Source: Schizochytrium sp. TIO01
Taxonomy: Eukaryota; Protista; Bigyra: Labyrinthulomycetes
Direction: 5' to 3'
Assembly (NCBI GenBank): GCA_004764695.1
Contig: SMSO01000007.1
Span: 1,681,270-1,745,269 of the forward strand
DNA length: 64,000 bases
Part shown: in pieces, positions 1 to 7,722 of the stretch
Layout: every line of letters begins with the position of its first letter
Position numbering within the stretch: position 1 is the stretch's first letter
Position numbers and translations under genes: made by a program
The notes under the pieces: model-generated
The model's input: only the letters and a program-made list of their open reading frames with translations
The model's database searches: none
What the model was told of the DNA's origin: nothing

Positions 1-2451
1 AATAACCTTACCGCGTGTTTCCTCTGGATTCATTTCAAGCATCTCTTGAACTTGCTCACGGGTAGCAAAAGCAAGCAAGTGCGCATGGCGCTCTAGAGCA
101 TCAAAGAATGCCCACGTTGACACAGGAAGATTGTGTGGACGATTCAGGCGTTCAGCTTGTTCGCTAAATTTATGATGCAGATAGCGCATGATGTCACGCG
201 AATTAGAGGTCCATTTGTTTTCAAAGAACACAGCAGGTGTTCGCGCAGACGGAACCGCATCTGTAAACCACGCAGGTTTGTTGTCCCAATCTATGTCAAT
301 GATTTGGTACGGGATACCTGCTTCCATGATGAACATGGTGACCACCCGAGAATATGGGCATAACCGAACTAAATAATTCTTTACTCGCACACAGCCATAA
401 CAAATGTAGACAACATTAGCAAGAGGCTCAGCTGGCAGAGAAGTTTGCACTAAGGCTCGTGATGTGTCATTGCGAAGCTCTTCCTTGCGTTTGCGCCGCC
501 GTCTCCTAGAGTGAGAGGCGACACCACTCCAAAGCTTATCTCGAGCTTGTTCTGAGTCACTTGCCTCGGACTCAGAGGGGATATCAGAATCCCCGCTTGC
601 ATCAGCAAGCGCCTCCATTAATTCTTCATGGGTAATACCTACAGCAGCCTGCACAGCGTCGAATTTGTCAAAGTTGGCGCGAATGCCTTTCCCGCCAGCC
701 CGCCTTTCCATCATATCGCCAAAAAGAATACCTCCAAGTTCTAGGTCTATTCCTTTATATTGTGTTGTACAAACAAGCATATCATTATAGACAGAGTCAT
801 GCCCCACAAAGCTGACACTTAAAACAATATTCGCCATTTCATCTGGATCAAGTAAAAATCTTCGCAATGGTGACTTTTGATCAATTTCATGAATAATAGT
901 AGCCACAGCCGTAATGGTTGGGGGGAAGCTTGCTTGTAAATTCTCGTAGCTCACAAAATGTTCTCCCTCCTCGGTGTCGTGAAATCGTAATAACGCTACT
1001 GCCACACGGGTCTCGTAAACAAGGTTGACACGTCGATTACCTACACGAATTAACAGTGTAGGCTTCCCATCACGGGTTGTAACGAGAGCCTTCTTGCTAA
1101 AAACGATGTCTGGTTTAGGAATCTGAAATTTTGATACAACAACAGACAAAACAATCACATTGAGCATAAGACCAGTAAACTGTTGAGCGCAGGCAAGTGT
1201 ATAACAGCCGTACGAACTCGGGAGACAAGGCCCATAGCCAAGTGTTAGTACATTGCTTGTTGCATAGACAGCAGCAATTCCCAGAGTGCCTTGTAGGAAC
1301 GTATCCATTCCTGATTGGCACTCAATACTATTTGCAATAGGCCAAGTGAGTAGTGACCAAAAAAAGCAAGTAATTACATACGAGAGCAAAGACAAGAAAA
1401 ATACAAAGGCCCAACTCCAGTCCAAGAGTACATAATACCAGTTTTTGGCCTCATACCACTTTGACGACCCTGTCCCATGCAGAGCAGATCGTTTCTTGCG
1501 TTTTCCTGATTCAATTTGATCTGGCGCATACCGGCGCTGGGTGTATGAATGTTTATTCTTACGTCGCAGGCGTTCGACACGAAATCGTCGCCATTCGCTC
1601 AAGGAGAGCCCCATGTGATGAGTCTGAAGTCTAGGCATGCGACACTCTTTGCATACATCTTCATCGTTGTGCCGGTGGAAGTGAGAACCAAACCTGGTCT
1701 TATTCCTGCGCCTTAAGCCGGTTTCCTCGTTATGAGTACTCATTTCACTTGCAGATCTAGGTAGGCTGCCCATGGAATTCCTTCGAGTGTTCGGTCCCAG
1801 TGGAAGTTCGCCACTCTCGACAATCATGGCATTCTCCTTGGGATTTTCCGGCTCCTCATCGCTTGATGGTGTGTTACCCATCTGTACTTCATCTGGCGTG
1901 TACACGCACGTTTGCAATGCCGAAATGGGTTCATTTGCGTGCTCACCCCCAGAAGTTGCATTTGACTTCGATCCTGGCATCGTTCCAGACTCAACATCGT
2001 GCTCTATATTCGCCTCGTTGGAAGAGTTTGCCAACGTTGATGTCGAACTCGATGTTCTGCGATTTCCTACACTAGCACTGTGCCTCGTTCGACAAGCATC
2101 GTCATGATTCCTGATGTCATGGATACTCATAACATCTAAATCCTCAACAGCCAGACTTCCATTGCTATTGTCATCGGTGACGTTGATATTATTATTGTCC
2201 TTGTTGTTGCTGCTGCTGATGTTCATGGCACGGTTCATGGTACTGGGGGTGAACCTGTTGGTCAAGCGGTGTGAAGGGAGCGCACTACTTTCACTAGATT
2301 GTCCGCTTGCAGCATCAGAGTGCGCGATGGAGCGAGCTCCCGACGCCTCCTGTGAGGAGCCCGTGCCCATGAGACGGCAGCTGCAGCGATGTTGGAGCAG
2401 ACCAAAGCGACACTGATGAGGGACTTTCTCGTTGCGATCTCCAAGTGACAT
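1..2451 (-). CDS. Inward-rectifier potassium channel (Kir family) fused to a C-terminal DHAR/CLIC-like glutathione-transferase domain; 3' end truncated by window edge
   Basis: Manual translation: stop-free frame from ATG 2451 (alternative ATG 2370; in-frame TAA upstream at ~2509-2511) to base 1. Disordered N-terminus, slide helix/TM1 WYYVLLDWSWAFVFFLSLLSYVITCFFWSLLTWPIA (~1440-1333), filter TLGYG (1245-1231), TM2 ACAQQFTGLMLNVIVLSVVVSKF, Kir cytoplasmic motifs FSKKALVTTRDGKPTLLIRVGNRR, TEEGE, TIIHEIDQKSPL (~900-865). Then YICYGCVRVKNYLVRLCPYSRVVTMFIMEAGIPYQIIDIDWDNKPAWFTDAVPSARTPAVFFENKWTSNSRDIMRYL (GST-N; CPYS at 360-349). Absent from the ORF track because it has no stop within the window. 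Confidence 0.93.
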   Translation of the reverse strand, partial: MSLGDRNEKVPHQCRFGLLQHRCSCRLMGTGSSQEASGARSIAHSDAASGQSSESSALPSHRLTNRFTPSTMNRAMNISSSNNKDNNNINVTDDNSNGSLAVEDLDVMSIHDIRNHDDACRTRHSASVGNRRTSSSTSTLANSSNEANIEHDVESGTMPGSKSNATSGGEHANEPISALQTCVYTPDEVQMGNTPSSDEEPENPKENAMIVESGELPLGPNTRRNSMGSLPRSASEMSTHNEETGLRRRNKTRFGSHFHRHNDEDVCKECRMPRLQTHHMGLSLSEWRRFRVERLRRKNKHSYTQRRYAPDQIESGKRKKRSALHGTGSSKWYEAKNWYYVLLDWSWAFVFFLSLLSYVITCFFWSLLTWPIANSIECQSGMDTFLQGTLGIAAVYATSNVLTLGYGPCLPSSYGCYTLACAQQFTGLMLNVIVLSVVVSKFQIPKPDIVFSKKALVTTRDGKPTLLIRVGNRRVNLVYETRVAVALLRFHDTEEGEHFVSYENLQASFPPTITAVATIIHEIDQKSPLRRFLLDPDEMANIVLSVSFVGHDSVYNDMLVCTTQYKGIDLELGGILFGDMMERRAGGKGIRANFDKFDAVQAAVGITHEELMEALADASGDSDIPSESEASDSEQARDKLWSGVASHSRRRRRKRKEELRNDTSRALVQTSLPAEPLANVVYICYGCVRVKNYLVRLCPYSRVVTMFIMEAGIPYQIIDIDWDNKPAWFTDAVPSARTPAVFFENKWTSNSRDIMRYLHHKFSEQAERLNRPHNLPVSTWAFFDALERHAHLLAFATREQVQEMLEMNPEETRGKVI

Positions 2452-2738
2452 TTGAGGACAAAGGTCACAGAACTCTGAGTATATACATAGTAGGTACCTA
2501 TGTACATATTACTAGGCCTACCAGAAGGCTGGTTGGTGAGGGCCTGGGTTTAGAACTCTGTGAGAATGAAGGGGGCAGAAGACCATTTGGAGACAGTCGT
2601 GATGACCTGTTCGTGATGACCTAATTGTAAAGCAAAACTCGAATGCAAGTTGAAGAAAAGAGCTAAATTTTGGAGGTAGGTAAAATCGAAGAAAGTGCGT
2701 ATGGTACGTTTGTTTATTCTCAGTTATGGGCAATTTTG

Positions 2739-5700
2739 TTATATCTTGTCCTCGAGCTCCTTGATGAGGCAAACCATAATGTTTTCGTTGTCGTATTTCC
2801 AGTACGGTAACTCAAGGTTCCTGCGAATGCAGATTGTTGCAAATGCTTCTGGCGTGATTTTATCATCGTCGTCGTCGTCCTCATGGTCGTTTACTTCGAT
2901 CCAGAGATCCATGACCTGCGCCTCGTTAAGGGGTGGCTGGGGCTGGGCTGTACTGAGAAGTTTTTGAAATTCTTCGAATGAAAGGACACCATCTCCATTG
3001 ACATCAAAGGTACGAAAAAGCTGCATGATCATTGTTCGGTCAAGTTCAATTTTGCTCAAGAAGACCTGTGTAACTTTACTAAGAAACAGATCTAGATTTA
3101 CAACCTTGATGTCACTTGTGGTAGCCTTGTTCACCTCAGATTCAGGTACGCTGTTTGCATCAATCCATTTCAATATCTTTTGTCGAAATGCACCAGGCAT
3201 CGCCCAATATCTCTGTGGAACACCCGAGCCATCATCAACTTCGTCTACAATATCCGAACTTGCTTTGAGGCCATCACCATCAACCAGTCGGAAAACCGTG
3301 CGAATCGCACGGATTGCACTTGTACTTTGAACCACAGTTTGGTTTGTTCCATACTCTAGAGCTTTTGCAATAAGATCCGAGCGGGGGAAGACGGATGCGA
3401 AAACACTCATTATGGCATCGCAGAGCGTGGGAGTATAATGTTCAGGATCAATAACGCCAACAAGCATGCCAAAGAGCTGAATTCGAAGTGAATGTTCGTA
3501 CTCATCTCGAATTGCTTGCACGATTCCGTAAAGGTATTCCTCGGCAAGCTTTTTAAGTCCATATTTTTGAGTGAAGTAATGCAAAATAGTTTTCGCGAGA
3601 GCATGTGACTTGCGCCCTGACTCCCGAAGAGTTTTATCACTTTGCACTTTCTTTTGGTAAACTTCACCAATAATAACATCTTCGAGCTGAGAGATCTCGA
3701 TTTTCCGTGCGCGACGGTGCTTTGGTGGTTTGTGAAGATACTTCTCCCAGGGTAGCGATTCGTTGAGCAAAGGGGTAATGAACTTTGCTTCAATGCGGCG
3801 CAATGTTACCATAACAGCTAGTTCGCCACCTTCTTTAAGAAGAGATTTGTTGCGAATACTTACTGTTGCAAATGTAGTATTCTCCAGCTTGGAGCGTTTT
3901 GATTTTTGTTTCTGTGGCTTTTGCATCGAAGTTTCCGACGTATTTGGCGATTTCAAATCCTTATCTTGGTCTTCACCATCCTTTTCAGCTTTCTTTGAGC
4001 TATCACCGTGTACTTCATTTGCATCAAGATCATCACAATTATCTCCTTCGGCAGCCTTCGTTTCGGCAGTTTCCGTTTCGAGCTCAGACTCTTTGCCTAA
4101 GGCCTTCCCATCTTTGGTTCGTTCGTCTTCATCGTCTTCATCGTCTTCGTCGTCTTCATCATCTTCGTCGTCTTCATCGTCTTCAAGGTTTTCGTCATCT
4201 TCATAGTTTTCGTCATCTACAGATTTCTTAATTGCCTTGATAATCAGTCGCCTAGCATTGTCACCCGGATGCTCATACATTGGTATTGAGAGATCGGTTT
4301 GCGAATATTTGTTTGCAGTACGATCTGATGATTCTGCCTCTTCCCATTCAATTGTTGGCGAGTGTCCTGGTTTGTTGGCAGTGCCTTGTACATCATTAAC
4401 GATTGTTAGCAAGCGTTTAGAAGACATGGTAGTTACAACATTTGGTGCAATCATATCAAGCTCATCCGCGTCAAGAAGTTGCATAAACTCTAAGACAAGA
4501 TCAACCCGATCTCGGCTTGACTTGGTTTGCCGAAGAACCTCTCGAATAAAGTTGGTTGCTCGACCATCAGCTGCACTTTCTAATAATGATGCAACAAGAC
4601 TACGCTGCCCAGCTTCATCAAGCTCCATAATCATGGCTTTAAGATGTGGCTCATTTGCTACTTTAGTGAGCCAATTTGCCATGACTTGAGACTGTTGAAT
4701 CCCATCTAATTTTTGTACGTGATTTTCAATTCGATCTTGCAGCGCAAGGGATGACCGTCTTTTATTCGATCCGCCAACAACAACAACCTTTCCATATTCA
4801 TTACGTTCCGGCTCCTGCTCATCAAATTCACTGACTTCATCGACTGCGTCAGGGTACACATCAGTTTCTTCATCTTCTACATCTTCCCCTTCACCAGAAC
4901 TCTTCGTGGCACGAACCCTCTCGAATAGGGTCTGACGATTGTCTCGGGGTCCACCAGCACTGCTTTCACTAGCATTGACATTTTCATGGGACTGCCATGA
5001 ATTGCGTCTACTGCCATCTTCCACAGAGTAGTCTGACCAAGATCGTTCAAGACGCTGCCTGCGTGCGAAAGCTACTTTGCGCATATGCTGAAGGAGGCGT
5101 TCCAATGCGTCTGTGACTCCAGAAGGCTTAAGACGGCTGATTTCAAGCCTCAGAAGTTGGAATTCCTGATCCTCCTCATCACACACTGCAAGCGCCTGCA
5201 GAATGTCATTACTATGGTCAAGTGCTTGCTGAAGCTCGACTATCTTGCTATCTCTTAATTGAACTTCACGATGAAGCATTTCATTTGCTTGTTCCAAAGC
5301 CGCGGATAAACTTGGGTCAGTATCACGCTGATACACTCTGCGTTCGTCCTCATAGCGCTCTAACAAAAAATACAGAACCCTATGTTCAGCTCTCCATAAT
5401 CGCAACAGTTTTGCACTGCGCTGCCAGCAAGCATCCGTTACCTTTTGTGGTACAAGATCTATGCTGCCAACCATTGACTGTACAGACACGTCTTGCACGT
5501 CTTTTGCGGGAATTATAAACTTTTGTAGAAAGTTTAAATCTTCCCGCAAGAACTGCAAGCAAGCATCAAATTCAGTACCGCATACTTCAATACATTCTTT
5601 GCCAATTTGCACCGGGTCAGTGTGTGCTTCCGACAATTCTCTTAGCCATTGATCCACACGTGGAGTTTGTATTGAAGATGAATATCTCGAGTTGCTTGGG

Positions 5701-6837
5701 TGTAAGCTGCTTCTTGTTTTCTCTTCAAGCTCGTCTAATAGCTCGTGAGTGTCGTTCTCATGTAAATACGTCCATTCATCACCTTTCGATTCTAGTGTAA
5801 CATTATGTTGATCCTCTTCATCGCGAGTTCCATTTGAGTGACGGGTTGCACCAACCACTGGGGATTGTGGCAATGGATCGAGGTGGTTTTGCTGTCGTCT
5901 CCTTCGGAGTTTAATTTTTTTGTGATACAATTTTTCAAGTCTACAATCAATGTGCGAAAGACGCTCGAGCTCATCGCTGGTAACAGGAGAGCTATAGCGG
6001 AGCATGTTTTCCGTACATAACTCACTCGCATCAACTGTTTGCAATACATGAGAAGTATAATGCCCAACCTTGCCTGTATTTGTTGTTGCAGACTTTGGCG
6101 ATCCTAGCTCCTCAAGCTCTTGGCGGGCAGATCTTCTCAACAGCTCAGCTTTACTAATCGGAAGATCAAGTGCTCGCTGCCCACTGCGTTTTATTGGGCT
6201 TAAGCTTCTTGATAAGCGTTGCTTTCCATGAGAATCTTCAGCTGTAGTAGTATTTATAGCGGGGCTTCGACTGCGTGTTTTCCATTGAGGTTGTGGTTTG
6301 AGCTGTACTTTATCTGTAGCTCCTCTATTTGGCGAATGTAAGATTGGATAAATGTCATCGTCATCGTCATCATCTATTCCATCATCTTTTCCGCCATCTC
6401 CTGCACCTTGAAGCTCGGTCAAATCATCACTTTCGTCAACATCGGATTTAGACGACTTCTTTAGCCTGTTCTGAGAGGGTGTCATATTGAAGGACATGCC
6501 TTCGAGCATAGTATGCTGCATGCTTCTAAATTGCCTCGATTCAACTGGAGTGGATGACGTCGCTCTGAGAGAGACGTGGCCAGAGGATACCCCCTGCCCT
6601 CCACGCCGGCTCCGTATGTCGTCAGGTGGGCAAGGTAATCTAACAACTTGTTTGCCTACTGACCTCCGTACTGACTGACTCCCTGAATATTGTACGCATG
6701 CACTTTTGTAGCAAAATGTAAATCAGATCGATAAAAGTAAAACTAATCCTCTTAAATGGTATTTAATGTCCAATAGTTCTGCCAGTTACATACACACCTC
6801 TGAAAGCAAACCCGTGATACTGAAGGCTTTCTAACAT
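2739..6837 (-). CDS. Large coiled-coil/acidic protein with C-terminal EF-hand(s); C-terminal third resembles TSNAXIP1-like/ciliary EF-hand proteins
   Basis: 1260-aa ORF 2739..6521 with canonical EF-hand FDVNGDGVLSFEEF, a degenerate second hand (DHEDDDDDDKITPEAF), an acidic DDEDDE tract and the motif YFTQKYGLKKLAEEYLYGIVQAI. The frame stays open to ~6720. A putative 40-nt first exon (ATG 6837..6798) and GT-AG intron 6797..6683 splice in frame (inferred). Confidence 0.8.
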
Positions 6838-7208
6838 GTTTCATTTTAAATACTCTTTGATATCTTCTCTATTTTTAAAGTTCTCGACTCTTGGTTTGCG
6901 GCGCACACTAATAAAAAAACAAATAAAAAAACAACAGCGAAGCAGCTGCATGCGTCAATTCCAAACATTCAACTACGAAACTTAAAATGCTTCGAACCAT
7001 TCCTGCATGGTATACCACATTCTAACTTCTATAAGTCAAGTGCCAGATATTTGCAGAAAAGATACTACAATCCATGAGTACTCATACTTTGTCTATTTTC
7101 CTACCTCGAACCTTTCACCTTGCAGGCGCTATCAAGCCTTAACGGATCCTGGGAGTACACACAGTGTGGTTATTAAAAGGGACTTATAGGATTAAAACAA
7201 GAGACTTT

Positions 7209-7465
7209 AAAAAAAGGCCGTGTCGAAGCTGACTCGACTACTACTACATCGGCCCGAGCGTCGGCAAGACCCTCTCGCGGGCTCTCGGAACTCCGCTTGG
7301 TCGGGGGAGGGGATTCGCAAGGTGTCTGGTCGCTTGAGGAGAGCTTTCGCCAGCCTCCTTCGGCTTCCCTCACCCAATCTGCGGCTCATACCTCGCCTGA
7401 TCGCGGGATTTGGGGTCTCCGAAGTCCTTCAGGGAGTGCACATCATCATCCCCATTAGAACCTAG
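7209..7465 (-). ncRNA. Candidate structured RNA polymerase III transcript, ~250 nt, family unassigned
   Basis: GC-rich island without a credible ORF. Upstream on the minus strand are TATAATATA (7496-7488) and tandem TGACGTGACGT (7540-7530). It ends in a bulged stem-loop (GGCCG..GTCGA-loop-TCGAC..CGGCC, 7254-7216) immediately followed by T7 (7215-7209). Internal hairpins include GC-GAAA-GC. Confidence 0.45.
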
Positions 7466-7722
7466 TACCTGCTTTGTTACAATACACTATATTATATCGC
7501 AGCTGCGCATTGCATCTGTGCGCTGCTACACGTCACGTCAAGTTCCAGTGGCTTGAGCCTTTGATACTGCTCGTATTGAAATCAAATATATACATGCAAA
7601 TTGATTGATTGATATTAGGTTCTTTCTGCATTGGTGCATTTGCCTTCAGCGAAAGCTCAACTTCGCTCGCATCTATTCGGGTACAAGTTTTTCAAAGTGG
7701 TTCCCAACAACCTGTTGTGATA

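Noticed and set aside
2695-6678. Plus-strand ORFs overlapping the EF-hand gene, and similar antisense ORFs over the other long genes
   Set aside because: Shadow frames of real genes with no domain motifs
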